A program made the position numbers and the translations under genes. A DNA stretch of 64,000 nt. It comes from an uncultured Muribaculaceae bacterium. GTDB lineage: Bacteria > Bacteroidota > Bacteroidia > Bacteroidales > Muribaculaceae. Below, piece after piece: positions 29,362 to 39,886 of the stretch. Within the stretch, counting starts at the first letter, position 1, and each line of letters begins with the position of its first letter. Below the pieces are notes generated by a model, which was not told the DNA's origin, made no database searches, and was given only the letters and a program-made list of their open reading frames with translations. The stretch is taken from assembly GCA_910587425.1 (NCBI GenBank), contig CAJUKU010000002.1:96526-160525 (forward strand), read 5' to 3'.

Positions 29362-30420
29362 ATGAAAAAGGTTTTATTCATGATTGCTCTCGTGCTCGGA
29401 TGCACGTCAGTTTTCGCACAGAACTTGGACAAGAACGAAGCCAAACAGCTTAAGATGTTCCTGCAGGAAGCCGCCGAAAAAGACGGAACAAACGCACAGG
29501 CGCTCAAGGTCACAAATCTCAATTCGCTCAGCGGCATTGAAGGTCTCACAATCGTTGGCGGTCACGTTACAGCTATCGAATGGAAAGACAAGCACCTCGC
29601 CGGCAATCTCGACCTTTCGGGATTCACTCAGCTTACAAAAGTGGACGTATCGCGCAACTCGCTTAACTCCATCACTGTAGCCGACGATGCAGCGCTCACC
29701 GAATTCAATGCTTCAAGAAACAAACTTACGGCTGTCGACTTCACCAACTGCCCCGCACTCGTTAAGGTTGCGCTCTACAAGAACCGTCTTACAGAGCTTA
29801 CCCTCAACAACACCACGACACTGAAAAACCTCAACGTCAGCAACAACCTCTTCGTTGAGCTCAACGTTGCCGGAAACACCGCCCTTCAGACACTCAACTG
29901 TCAGGGTAACCACCTCGAACAGCTCGTTGTCAGCGGCTGCACAAACCTTAAGAACCTCTACTGCGGCTACAACAAGCTCACATCGCTCAACCTCATGGGC
30001 ACTGAGAACCTTACCAACCTCAACATCGACGACAACGAGATCACCACAATGATCGTATCGGGTCTCCCCTCGCTCAGCACTCTTATCTGCAGCGATAACA
30101 ACATGGTCACACTCGGTGTCCGCGACTGCTCTAACCTTCTCGACCTCGTCTGCTCATACAACGATCTCACGACTCTTGATGTAAGCAACTGCAACAACCT
30201 TCAGTTCGTAGACTGCTCATACAACGATCTTACAACCCTCAACCTCTCCAACCAGACATTCCTCCAGCGTCTGCTCTGCAACAACAACCAGCTCACAACG
30301 CTCGATGTCTCATTCGACCAGGCACTTGTCTACATCAACTGCCGCTACAACCAGATCGTCGACTTCCGTACAACCGCTTGCCCCAACCTCCGAATGGTGG
30401 CTTGCCAGTGGAACTACTGA
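29362..30420 (+). CDS. Secreted leucine-rich repeat protein (internalin-J-like ~21-aa repeats)
   Basis: Signal peptide MKKVLFMIALVLGCTSVFAQ; repeats of the form LxxLxCxxNxLTxLDV. Confidence 0.88.
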   Translation: MKKVLFMIALVLGCTSVFAQNLDKNEAKQLKMFLQEAAEKDGTNAQALKVTNLNSLSGIEGLTIVGGHVTAIEWKDKHLAGNLDLSGFTQLTKVDVSRNSLNSITVADDAALTEFNASRNKLTAVDFTNCPALVKVALYKNRLTELTLNNTTTLKNLNVSNNLFVELNVAGNTALQTLNCQGNHLEQLVVSGCTNLKNLYCGYNKLTSLNLMGTENLTNLNIDDNEITTMIVSGLPSLSTLICSDNNMVTLGVRDCSNLLDLVCSYNDLTTLDVSNCNNLQFVDCSYNDLTTLNLSNQTFLQRLLCNNNQLTTLDVSFDQALVYINCRYNQIVDFRTTACPNLRMVACQWNY

Positions 30421-30458
30421 TTACCGGCTGACTGAACAAACCTACTCATAACTGATAT

Positions 30459-30499
30459 AAAAAGGGTGCCCGGTCTCACACAGATCGGGCACCCTTTTT
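30459..30499 (+). terminator. Intrinsic terminator after the LRR gene
   Basis: aaaaagggtgcccg...cgggcacccttttt. Confidence 0.85.
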
Positions 30500-30521
30500 A
30501 AATAAAACAATTCTTTTACTT

Positions 30522-31208
30522 ATGAAAAAGATCATACTACTCCGCCACGGACAGAGCCAATGGAATCTTGAGAACCGGTTCACCGGATGGACCGACGTGC
30601 CGCTAACAGCGGCAGGTGAAGAGGAAGCACGCACAGCCGGACGCCTGATACAACAGGCTGGACTCCAACCGGGATATTTCTTCACTTCCTATCTCCGTCG
30701 GGCAATACACACACTACAGATCGCAGCCGCCGAGATGCAGCGCGACTGGGTACCCGTCATCAAGGACTGGCATCTCAACGAACGTCACTACGGTGCCCTG
30801 CAGGGACTGAACAAAGCGGAGACAGCACAGAAATATGGCGAAGAACAGGTTCACCAATGGCGTCGCAGCTTCGCCGAACTGCCGCCGCTCCTCACTCCCG
30901 ACGATCCACGTTACCCAGGCAACGACCCACGCTACGCGACTCTTACAGCCGATGAGCTACCGCTCGCCGAATCGCTTCAGGACACCATAGCACGCGTGCG
31001 CTGCTGCTGGGAAGAGGTGATAGTGCCGCGTCTTGCCTCGACCGACACTGTGCTCATAGCCGCCCACGGCAACTCACTGCGCGGACTCGCCATGATGCTG
31101 CTTCACCTCACGGCTACCGATGTGGTGAGCCTTGAGATTCCTACGGGGAAACCATGGGTGTTCACCACCGACGACCGTCTGCGGGTCACCGCCGAAGAAT
31201 ATCTGTAA
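30522..31208 (+). CDS. gpmA: 2,3-bisphosphoglycerate-dependent phosphoglycerate mutase
   Basis: LLRHGQSQWNLENRFTGWTDV, LNERHYGALQG, AHGNSLR. Confidence 0.95.
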   Translation: MKKIILLRHGQSQWNLENRFTGWTDVPLTAAGEEEARTAGRLIQQAGLQPGYFFTSYLRRAIHTLQIAAAEMQRDWVPVIKDWHLNERHYGALQGLNKAETAQKYGEEQVHQWRRSFAELPPLLTPDDPRYPGNDPRYATLTADELPLAESLQDTIARVRCCWEEVIVPRLASTDTVLIAAHGNSLRGLAMMLLHLTATDVVSLEIPTGKPWVFTTDDRLRVTAEEYL

Positions 31209-32082
31209 GCTCCGGTGTGGCACCATGCTGACCACATACGAATGCCGCCGTGTCGACAGCCCGCTGATGGGCTTCGCGCAGCGGCATTCCGCGCAGACTG
31301 CACGCCACGAATGCTGCCGTGAACGAATCACCGGCACCCACCGTATCCACGACCTCCGTAGGCGGCGTGGCTATGTACGATGTCTCATCACCGCTGATCA
31401 CATAGCTACCCGTCGCACCGCAGGTCACGATCACCGTTCTGATATCAAAACGCGCCATGAGCGCACGTGCGGCATCGGCAACTGAGTCACAAGGCAGACC
31501 GTACATCCCACGGAACACCTCCAGTTCATCATCATTTATCTTCAGAACATTGCACCGCAGCATCGACAGCTGCAGCAACTGCGGGTCATAGAAATCCTGA
31601 CGCAGGTTGGCATCGAAAACTATCAGCGGATCATTCTCCTCTGGTATCGCATCCACAAAACGCGCTATAGTCTGACGTGACTCCGACGAACGCTGCGCGA
31701 GCGAACCGAAAATCACGCACTTTGTCTGTCGCGCAAGCTGCGCCGTCTCGTCCGTGAACGGTATATGATCCCACGCCACATGTCGGCGTATATCGTACGT
31801 GGGCACACCTGCGCCATCAAGCTCTACGGTCACGCTCCCGGTCGGGAACGGCACACGCGCTATATCTGCAGGAATATGCATCTCCTCGAGCCAGGCTACA
31901 AGGGCGTCGCCGGCATCGTCGCGACCCACGGCGCTGACAAGCCGGGCGTCGCAGCCGAACTGCAACGCATGGTGTATAAAATTGGCGGGAGCTCCCCCGG
32001 GCTTCCTCCCGTCAGGAAGGATATCCCAAAGAAGCTCGCCGATACCGACCACTGACGGTCGGATTGCGGGTTCATTTTTCAT
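31186..32082 (-). CDS. PfkB-family carbohydrate kinase (fructokinase-like)
   Basis: GIGELLWD, GGAPANF, DTVGAGDSF; 3' end overlaps gpmA by 23 bp. Confidence 0.9.
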   Translation of the reverse strand: MKNEPAIRPSVVGIGELLWDILPDGRKPGGAPANFIHHALQFGCDARLVSAVGRDDAGDALVAWLEEMHIPADIARVPFPTGSVTVELDGAGVPTYDIRRHVAWDHIPFTDETAQLARQTKCVIFGSLAQRSSESRQTIARFVDAIPEENDPLIVFDANLRQDFYDPQLLQLSMLRCNVLKINDDELEVFRGMYGLPCDSVADAARALMARFDIRTVIVTCGATGSYVISGDETSYIATPPTEVVDTVGAGDSFTAAFVACSLRGMPLREAHQRAVDTAAFVCGQHGATPELTDILRR

Positions 32083-32096
32083 GAACGGAATCTGAA

Positions 32097-32486
32097 TCAG
32101 TTTGCAGGCTGCTCACCGAAACGGTTGGGACCTACCTGGCTCGGCTGTGCGCAGAATACCACGTAGATGATGAAGCCCACTGCGGGAATAAGGTTGATGA
32201 AGAGCCATCCTGCCGCACGACCTGTGTCATGCAGACGGCGGGCACCCACGGCAAGCGAAGGAATCAGGAGAGCCAGACCGATGATGTTCTGGATCCATGC
32301 GAAAAACTTAAGTCCGGTCACCACAGCAAGAACACCGAATACAGCACTTACTATAAAAGTGAAAAGCATGAACCACCAGAATTCCGCACGGCTTGCACGA
32401 CCGCTGAAACCTGCATAGTTGCTGAGTACACGGCGTACGGCATTCTCAAAAGAAAGCGGTGCGCCAGGCATGTTGATATTAGCCAT
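32097..32486 (-). CDS. DUF805 (YhaH-like) membrane protein
   Basis: FSGRASRAEFWWF, RRLHDTGR, GPNRFG. Start set at MANINM, downstream of a -7 element at 32516-32523. Confidence 0.88.
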   Translation of the reverse strand: MANINMPGAPLSFENAVRRVLSNYAGFSGRASRAEFWWFMLFTFIVSAVFGVLAVVTGLKFFAWIQNIIGLALLIPSLAVGARRLHDTGRAAGWLFINLIPAVGFIIYVVFCAQPSQVGPNRFGEQPAN

Positions 32487-32670
32487 AATGAATGAATTTG
32501 AAGTTAATGTCGCCGCAAAATTAATACTTTCGTCCCGATACAGCAAAACTTTCTGCCCACGCCGCACTCCAAACCCGCCCGACAGCTGTCCTGAATCTCT
32601 TTTATAAGCTTTTTCCACATTTGCTTCACGTTTTGAGCGGTCATACGCCCGGTTTTAGCAGATTTTTTTG

Positions 32671-32678
32671 TAATTTTG
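32671..32678 (+). promoter_or_regulatory. -7 element for the parC operon
   Basis: TAATTTTG, 60 nt upstream of the ATG. Confidence 0.6.
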
Positions 32679-32738
32679 CGTTTTTAGCAGCCTGTAGCAT
32701 GGCTCCATAACCGATCAACCAATCTGCACATTTTCAGC

Positions 32739-35507
32739 ATGAGCGACGAATACAACGACGAAGAAGAATTTGACCGCGACGAAACTGACGATAGCGCCGA
32801 GGATCTGAACGCAATCAACGACGGAAACACCGAACCTGCATCAGGAGGATTCGGAGCCGTACTTGTCGACCTCAACCAGCCCGGCACACGCCGCCAGCTG
32901 CGCGGAATGTTCCAGAGCTGGTATATCGACTACGCATCATACACGATCCTCGACCGAGCAATTCCCCACATCGCCGACGGACTGAAACCGGTGCAGCGAC
33001 GCCTGCTCCACGCCATGAAGAAGCTCGACGACGACCGCTTCATAAAAGTGGCGAACATCGTCGGAGCCACAATGTCGTATCATCCGCACGGCGACGCATC
33101 CATCTACGGAGCTCTTGTACAGCTCGGACAGAAAGGGCTACTCGTCGAGACACAGGGAAACTGGGGTAACACCCTCACCGGCGACTCCGCCGCAGCAGGA
33201 CGATACATCGAGGCACGCCTGTCGCAGTTCGCGCTCGACGTGCTCTATAATCCCAAAGTCACCGAATGGACCCCATCCTACGACGGACGCTCCAAAGAGC
33301 CAATCACTTTCCCCGCGAAGTTCCCGCTGCTGCTCGCACAGGGAGTGGGTGGTATCGCAGCAGGACTATCCTCACTCATACTCCCCCATAACTTCAACGA
33401 GCTTCTCGATGCCGCCATAGCCTACCTCAGCGGCGAGCCGTTCACACTGTATCCCGACTTCCACACGAACGGCGGCTTTATCGACGTATCGCGCTACAAC
33501 GACGGCGCGCGCGGAGGAAAGGTGCGTATTCGTGCAAAGATTGAGAAACTCGACAGCAAGACACTTGCCATTACCGAAATACCGTTCAGCATGACCACCG
33601 CCTCCATCAAGGAATCGATAGTCAAGGCTAACGAGAAAGGGAAAATCAAGATCAAGAGCGTGGAGGACTACACCTCCAGCGAGGCACGCATCATAGTGAA
33701 CCTGATTCCGGGTACATCGAGCGACAAGACCATCGACGCGCTCTACGCGTTCACCGACTGTGAGCTCTCCATATCGCCCAACTGCTGCGTCATATCCGAC
33801 GACAAGCCGCAGTTCCTCGGCGTCAGCGACGTGTTGCGCCACAACGCCGACTCCACCCGCGAGATATTCCGCCGCGAGCTTGAGATACAGCTGTCGGAAG
33901 TCAACGAACAGCTGCACTTCGCATCACTCGAACGCATATTCATTGAGGAGCGTATCTATAAGGATGCCGAGTTCGAGCAGTCAGCGTCAAAAAGCGAGGC
34001 TATAGCCCACATACGCAAACGCCTCGAGCCATGGAAAGACAAGCTGATACGCGAGGTCACCGACGACGATCTGCTGCGCCTCCTCGAGATCCGCATGGCG
34101 CGCATACTTCGCTTCAGCTCGCGCGCTGCCGACGAGGCTATCGCCACATACCGCGAGCGGATCGCCGACATCAACGACAAGCAGGAGCATCTCACCGAAT
34201 ATACGATAGCTTGGTTCAAGCGTCTTAAGGAGAAATATGGCAACGAATGGCAGCGCCGCACCGTAATCCGCAGTTTCGACAACATCGCCGCCGCCAACGT
34301 CGCCGAGGCCAACGAACGTCTCTACTACGATGCCGAGGATGGTTTCATCGGCACATCGCTTAAGAAAGGTACATTCCTTTTCAACTGCTCTTCGCTCGAC
34401 GACGTGCTCGTGTTCTATCGCGACGGACGCTACCGCACATTCAAGGTGCAGGATAAGGTCGATGTCGGCAAGGATATTCTCAAGATGAAGGAGCGCGTCG
34501 ATGTCGACGGAGTCATGCGCCTCCGCGATGTCCCGCAGATCTTCCTTTTCAAACGCGACGATGAGCGCACCATCTACAACGTCATATACCTTAACGGCGA
34601 CGATCATGTCTACTATATGAAGCGTTTCGCCTTACCAACGATCAAGCGCGACCAGGAGTTCAACCTCACCAAAGGCGAGAACTCACGCATCATGTGGTTC
34701 TCGGCTAACCCCAACGGCGAGGCTGAGGTCGTGCGCGTAATACTAAAACCGAAAGCTCGGTTGAAGACGCTTCAGTTCGATGTCGATTTCTCGACCATAC
34801 GCCCAAAAGGTCGTGGTGCGCTCGGCAACATCGTCACCAAAAACGAGGTACACGCATTCAAACTTAAGGAGAAAGGACGCTCCACACTCGGCGACCGCCG
34901 CGTATGGTTCGACCGCGACGTGCTGCGCCTTAATTATGACGAGCGTGGTGAATTCCTCGGCGAATTTGCTCCCACAGACCGTGTGCTCGTGATACTGAAC
35001 AACGGCGAATACTACACATGTTCGTTCGACGCCTCCAACCACTTCGACGACAACATACTCCGCATCGAACGTTTCCGCCCCGGACACACTTTCATGCTCA
35101 TCTACAACGACGCCGAGTCCGGATTCCCCTACGTAAAGCGCTTCCGTTTCGAGGACTCGCCCCGAAAACAGCGCTATATAGGCGAAAACGAGAAGTCGAC
35201 ACTGATAGCACTCTCCGACGAACCGGGAGCACGCTTTGAAGTCACCTTCGGTGGACTCGACGCCACCCGCCCGCCTATGGTAATCACCGCACCCGAAGTG
35301 CTCGTCAAATCATTCCGGGCAAAAGGGAGACGTCTCACCACTTACCAGATCGCCGATATCAGCGAGATCGAGCCGATACCCACACCGGAGGTGGAGGAAG
35401 ATACAGAATCTGCCCACGACGAGGATCTGCCCGAGGCACCACTCGAGCCCGAACGCTCGGATGACGAGCTGCGCGACGAGCTCACAGGGCAGCAACGCAT
35501 ATTCTGA
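32739..35507 (+). CDS. parC: DNA topoisomerase IV subunit A (Bacteroidetes type)
   Basis: DGLKPVQRR, YHPHGDAS, QGNWGN, AAAGRYIEARL; long Bacteroidetes-type C-terminal domain. Confidence 0.92.
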   Translation: MSDEYNDEEEFDRDETDDSAEDLNAINDGNTEPASGGFGAVLVDLNQPGTRRQLRGMFQSWYIDYASYTILDRAIPHIADGLKPVQRRLLHAMKKLDDDRFIKVANIVGATMSYHPHGDASIYGALVQLGQKGLLVETQGNWGNTLTGDSAAAGRYIEARLSQFALDVLYNPKVTEWTPSYDGRSKEPITFPAKFPLLLAQGVGGIAAGLSSLILPHNFNELLDAAIAYLSGEPFTLYPDFHTNGGFIDVSRYNDGARGGKVRIRAKIEKLDSKTLAITEIPFSMTTASIKESIVKANEKGKIKIKSVEDYTSSEARIIVNLIPGTSSDKTIDALYAFTDCELSISPNCCVISDDKPQFLGVSDVLRHNADSTREIFRRELEIQLSEVNEQLHFASLERIFIEERIYKDAEFEQSASKSEAIAHIRKRLEPWKDKLIREVTDDDLLRLLEIRMARILRFSSRAADEAIATYRERIADINDKQEHLTEYTIAWFKRLKEKYGNEWQRRTVIRSFDNIAAANVAEANERLYYDAEDGFIGTSLKKGTFLFNCSSLDDVLVFYRDGRYRTFKVQDKVDVGKDILKMKERVDVDGVMRLRDVPQIFLFKRDDERTIYNVIYLNGDDHVYYMKRFALPTIKRDQEFNLTKGENSRIMWFSANPNGEAEVVRVILKPKARLKTLQFDVDFSTIRPKGRGALGNIVTKNEVHAFKLKEKGRSTLGDRRVWFDRDVLRLNYDERGEFLGEFAPTDRVLVILNNGEYYTCSFDASNHFDDNILRIERFRPGHTFMLIYNDAESGFPYVKRFRFEDSPRKQRYIGENEKSTLIALSDEPGARFEVTFGGLDATRPPMVITAPEVLVKSFRAKGRRLTTYQIADISEIEPIPTPEVEEDTESAHDEDLPEAPLEPERSDDELRDELTGQQRIF

Positions 35508-35537
35508 TCACAACCCACTCCGCCATTACGGAAATCA

Positions 35538-36380
35538 ATGAAACAACTGTTAGCAATACTGCTCACCCTCTCCGCGGCAATCACGGCGGCTGCCGGTGAT
35601 ACCGACAGCACACTGCTCCGCCCTGTGCACGCCGCATACACAGTCGAGGCTGGTTCGGCACACCTCGCCGACACCTACCTCACACCGTTGCGCTACTCCG
35701 GATGGTCGGCGTCGCTGCGCTACTCACGTATGCAGGCTACCCGGTTCAACCCACGTGACTGGGTGCTGCGCATGGATTTCGCCGCCGATGTCAGCCGCAC
35801 GCTAAATCCTGTCCGCAACGCCACCATGTGGTACTGGGGGCTAGATTTCACAGCCGCGCTGATGCGCCGGGTCTGGCACCGGGGACGTTTTTCCGCAATG
35901 GTCGGACCGGATATTGACCTCACACTTGGAGCACTCTACTCGCCACGCAACGGCAATAACCCAGTAGCGGCAAAAGCGGCTGTCACAGTTGGTGTCGCCG
36001 GTCAGATGAGCTATGCCGCCCGCATAGGCAGAATCCCTGTCACTCTGCTCTGGCAGCCCGCGCTCCCGGTCACAGGAGTATTCTTCTCACCTGACTATGG
36101 TCAGCTATACTATGAGATATATCTCGGCGAGCGTTCCGGACTGGCACGCGCCGCATGGTGGGGCAACCATTTCCGTCTCGACAACCTCATAGCAGCCGAT
36201 ATACGCCTCGGCGGCACATCGCTCCGCATAGGCTACCGGTTAGACTATCTATCACAGAGCGCGTCGCACATCACTTCGCGCACCATCACCCATGCCGCAG
36301 TCATCGGCATCACCGGCGAGTGGCTATCGGTCAACCCACGCCGTGCATCCGCCGACCCCCGTATAATCTCACCTCTATGA
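35538..36380 (+). CDS. DUF3316-like outer-membrane protein
   Basis: DTYLTPLRYSG, NGNNPVAAK, FFSPDYGQLYYEI; parC-DUF3316-S41 order. Confidence 0.75.
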   Translation: MKQLLAILLTLSAAITAAAGDTDSTLLRPVHAAYTVEAGSAHLADTYLTPLRYSGWSASLRYSRMQATRFNPRDWVLRMDFAADVSRTLNPVRNATMWYWGLDFTAALMRRVWHRGRFSAMVGPDIDLTLGALYSPRNGNNPVAAKAAVTVGVAGQMSYAARIGRIPVTLLWQPALPVTGVFFSPDYGQLYYEIYLGERSGLARAAWWGNHFRLDNLIAADIRLGGTSLRIGYRLDYLSQSASHITSRTITHAAVIGITGEWLSVNPRRASADPRIISPL

Positions 36381-36393
36381 CCACGGATCACAG

Positions 36394-37428
36394 ATGAAGA
36401 CACCCACCGCAATCATCCGCCTCGCAGCCGCCATCGTCACGCTCACGGCTGTGTCATGCCATGAGCTCCCCGACTATGACAACAGCAACACCGGAAGTTT
36501 CGAGGCGCTATGGACAGAATTTGACAACCACTACTGTTTCTTCCGCGAGAAAGGTATCGACTGGCAGGAGGTTCACGACCGGTATGCGCCACAGGTCAAC
36601 GATAAGCTCGGACGCCAGTCGTTCTTCCGCGTCATGGAGGCTATGCTCGACGAGCTGCGCGACGGACATGTCAACCTCTCCGCGCCATTCGCCACCTCCT
36701 ACTACCGTGAGTGGTGGAGCGACTACCCGCAGAACTTCGACGCACGCATAATCCGTCAGTATTATTTCAACTTCAACTACTCATCACTCGGAGAGGTGGA
36801 GTACGGACTGCTCCGCCAGAACATAGGCTACATCCGCTGGCATTCATTCGCGCAGAATCTCGGGCATGGCAATATCGACTATATACTCGCGGCATTCGTG
36901 ATGTCGCCCGCGCTGATAATCGACATACGTGACAATTCCGGAGGCGATCTCACCTACGCCGACAATTTTGCCTCGCACTTCGTCACATCTACACGCACCG
37001 CCGGATATATATGCCACAAGACCGGTCCCGGACACGACGAATTTTCAGAGCCTTACCCCATAGAGATAAAGCCTGTCACCGCCGGGCACTGGACATGGAC
37101 AAAACCGGTAATACTCCTCACAAACCGCTCGACATTCTCTGCCGCCAACTATTTCACCGCTCTGATGAAGAGTCTGCCGCAGGTCACGCAGGTTGGCGCC
37201 ACTACCGGCGGAGGTGCCGGAATGCCGTACTCGCTAGAACTGCCAAACGGATGGGGAGTGAGATTCTCCGCCTGTCCCATCTACGACACGGAGATGAACT
37301 GCACCGAGTTCGGCATTGAGCCTGATCCGCGCCATGCCGTCGACCTCGACCCCGCCGACGCTCTACAGGGGCGCGACACCATACTTGACTTCGCCATATC
37401 AATGATCGAGAACAATGAGTGTAAATAA
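36394..37428 (+). CDS. S41-family peptidase lipoprotein
   Basis: Lipobox AVSC, LRDGHVNL, IDIRDNSGG, TFSAAN, VGATTGG. Confidence 0.88.
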   Translation: MKTPTAIIRLAAAIVTLTAVSCHELPDYDNSNTGSFEALWTEFDNHYCFFREKGIDWQEVHDRYAPQVNDKLGRQSFFRVMEAMLDELRDGHVNLSAPFATSYYREWWSDYPQNFDARIIRQYYFNFNYSSLGEVEYGLLRQNIGYIRWHSFAQNLGHGNIDYILAAFVMSPALIIDIRDNSGGDLTYADNFASHFVTSTRTAGYICHKTGPGHDEFSEPYPIEIKPVTAGHWTWTKPVILLTNRSTFSAANYFTALMKSLPQVTQVGATTGGGAGMPYSLELPNGWGVRFSACPIYDTEMNCTEFGIEPDPRHAVDLDPADALQGRDTILDFAISMIENNECK

Positions 37429-37753
37429 AGTAATACTCGTAGGCAACGTAGGGCGCGATCCCCAGTGCCGCTTCATAGAGACGCAGCAGATCGCCGAGTT
37501 CTCCCTCGCAACAACCGAGCGCGCGTATACCACTGCATCGGGCGCGGAGGTGCCCGAACGCACCGAGTGGCACAACATTGTCATGTGGAGGCAGCATGCC
37601 GCCATTGCCGAGCGCTACATACGCAAAGGCACCAAACTGTTCATCGAGGGGCGTCTGCGCACCCGCGCATGGACCGACCGCAACGCCCTCCGCCACTCCA
37701 TGACCGAGATTCATGTCGAGAACTTCGACATCCTCTCCCGTCCCCAACCGTAA
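37415..37753 (+). CDS. ssb: Single-stranded DNA-binding protein lacking the acidic C-terminal tail
   Basis: MSVNKVILVGNVGRDP, FSLATTE, TEWHNIV, IEGRLRTR; ends ILSRPQP. Confidence 0.92.
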   Translation: MSVNKVILVGNVGRDPQCRFIETQQIAEFSLATTERAYTTASGAEVPERTEWHNIVMWRQHAAIAERYIRKGTKLFIEGRLRTRAWTDRNALRHSMTEIHVENFDILSRPQP

Positions 37754-37789
37754 CGGAAACCACGAACAACAATCTATCACATTAGCAAT

Positions 37790-39790
37790 ATGACCAATCA
37801 GAACCACAACACCGGCGGCACACTGCCACCCGGCTACGCGGACGCCGATCCTGTCGAACTTCCCGACAACGCATTCCGCGAGCTCGCCGCCGACGAGCAT
37901 TACCGACCCATCATGCACCCCACGCGCGATTATGCCGAGGTAACCCCCTACTCTGTTACCCTCGGTCTGATACTCGCCATCGTATTCTCCGCCGCAGCCG
38001 CTTATCTCGGACTGCGCGTCGGGCAGGTGTTTGAAGCCGCGATACCCATCGCCATAATCGCCGTCGGACTATCAGGAGCGCTCAAGAAACAGAATCCACT
38101 CGGACAGAACGTCATAATCCAGAGCATCGGCGCATGCTCCGGAGTGATTGTAGCCGGAGCGATATTCACACTCCCCGCACTCTATATCCTGCGCGCCAAG
38201 TATCCCGACATCACCGTCAACTTCCTTGAGATATTCCTCTCCTCGCTCTTCGGAGGAATACTCGGCATACTCTTCTTCATCCCCTTCCGCAAATACTTCG
38301 TTTCCGACATGCACGGACGCTACCCCTTCCCTGAAGCCACCGCCACCACGCAGGTGCTCGTAAGCGCACAGGGTGCATCGGGCAGCTCCACCAAGTCGCA
38401 GGCACGCACACTTGTCATTGCCTCGCTCATCGGAGGTATCTACGACTATGTTGTCGCCACATTCGGCTACTGGGCAGAGGTTGTCACCACCACCGCAACA
38501 TCATGGGGTGCCACACTTGCCGAGAAGACACGCCTCATACTCTCATGCAACACCGGTGCCGCGCTCCTCGGACTCGGCTATATCGTCGGACTCCGCTACT
38601 CGTTTGTCATCTTCGCCGGATCGGCATTCGTATGGTGGGTGATCATACCCCTCATGGGAACCTACGGCTCCACCGAACTCGCCGCACTCTCGCCCGACGC
38701 GATATTCAGCGACTACGCACGCCTGATAGGCATCGGAGGCATAGCCATGGCAGGTGTAATCGGTATCATCAAGTCCTGGGGAATCATCGTGCAGGCTGCA
38801 GGACTCGCACGCCGCGAATTCGGCTCCGGCGCACCCTCATCCGAACGCACCCCGCGCTGGCAGCGCGACATCTCCATGAAGCACATCGTATTCTTCATGG
38901 CTATAGCACTCGTGGCTGTCTTCGCATTCTTCTGGGCTGGAGTGCTCCACAACTTCTGGCAGGCACTCGTGGCATGGGTTGTTGTGACACTCATCGCGTT
39001 CCTCTTCACCACCGTCGCCGCCAACGCCATAGCAATCGTAGGCACCAACCCGGTCAGCGGAATGACACTCATGACCCTCATCGTAGCATCGGCGATCTTC
39101 GTTGCCGTAGGCATCTCCGGCACATCAGGCATCGTGGCGTCAATGATAATCGGAGGTGTTGTATGCACCGCCCTCTCCATGGCAGGAGGATTCGTGACCG
39201 ACCTCAAGATCGGCTATTGGCTCGGCACCACACCCCGCAAACAGGAGACTTGGAAATTCGTTGGCACACTCGTATCGGCAGCTACTGTAGGTGGAGTTAT
39301 CCTCCTGCTCGATAAAGTCTACGGATTCACCGGTCCCGACGCGCTCGTGGCACCACAGGCTAACGCCATGGCTAAGGTGATCGAACCCATCATGATGGGC
39401 GGCGACACCCCATGGATCCTCTACATCACCGGTGCTGTGCTCGCCCTGCTTCTCAACTGGCTCGGCGTCCCCGCACTCGCATTCTGCCTCGGAATGTTCA
39501 TACCTATGCACCTCAACACTCCCCTGCTCGTCGGCGGAGCTATAGCATGGTTCGTCAGCACACGGTCCAAGAACAAGGAGGTAAATGACGCACGCCGCGA
39601 CCGCGGAACACTCATAGCATCCGGAATGATCGCCGGTGGAGCACTCTTCGGAGTATTCGCCGCACTCACCCGCTTCGCCGGATTCGAATATGTATGCCCC
39701 ATGTCATTCGGACTCAACCAGCTCCTCGGACTCGTAGCCTACATACTGATCATATTCTATCTCATCCGCTCCTCACTCGCAGCCAAATAA
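37790..39790 (+). CDS. OPT-family oligopeptide transporter
   Basis: FEAAIPIAI, PFPEATAT, NPVSGMT, DLKIGYWLG, APQANAMA. Confidence 0.92.
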   Translation: MTNQNHNTGGTLPPGYADADPVELPDNAFRELAADEHYRPIMHPTRDYAEVTPYSVTLGLILAIVFSAAAAYLGLRVGQVFEAAIPIAIIAVGLSGALKKQNPLGQNVIIQSIGACSGVIVAGAIFTLPALYILRAKYPDITVNFLEIFLSSLFGGILGILFFIPFRKYFVSDMHGRYPFPEATATTQVLVSAQGASGSSTKSQARTLVIASLIGGIYDYVVATFGYWAEVVTTTATSWGATLAEKTRLILSCNTGAALLGLGYIVGLRYSFVIFAGSAFVWWVIIPLMGTYGSTELAALSPDAIFSDYARLIGIGGIAMAGVIGIIKSWGIIVQAAGLARREFGSGAPSSERTPRWQRDISMKHIVFFMAIALVAVFAFFWAGVLHNFWQALVAWVVVTLIAFLFTTVAANAIAIVGTNPVSGMTLMTLIVASAIFVAVGISGTSGIVASMIIGGVVCTALSMAGGFVTDLKIGYWLGTTPRKQETWKFVGTLVSAATVGGVILLLDKVYGFTGPDALVAPQANAMAKVIEPIMMGGDTPWILYITGAVLALLLNWLGVPALAFCLGMFIPMHLNTPLLVGGAIAWFVSTRSKNKEVNDARRDRGTLIASGMIAGGALFGVFAALTRFAGFEYVCPMSFGLNQLLGLVAYILIIFYLIRSSLAAK

Positions 39791-39833
39791 ACGGGACTGA
39801 TTCAGCGCATCCCTGATGCGCGACATAATAATG

Positions 39834-39872
39834 GCGGTGTGTCAAAACTCGTTTGACACACCGCTGTTTTTT
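39834..39872. terminator. TGTGTC..GACACA-family hairpin between convergent OPT and rarA
   Basis: gcggtgtgtcaaa-actcg-tttgacacaccgc followed by a T-tract. Confidence 0.8.
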
Positions 39873-39886
39873 ACTAACACGCCCTC

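Noticed and set aside
29362..30420. LRR protein as partner of the Schlafen gene in a two-gene defence system
   Set aside because: It is divergently transcribed, secreted, has host-like codon use and its own terminator; adjacency is better explained by insertion of the low-GC gene.
30522..31208. gpmA as a truncated pseudogene (228 aa, overlapping pfkB)
   Set aside because: All catalytic motifs are present and ~230-aa dPGMs are normal; short convergent overlaps are common.
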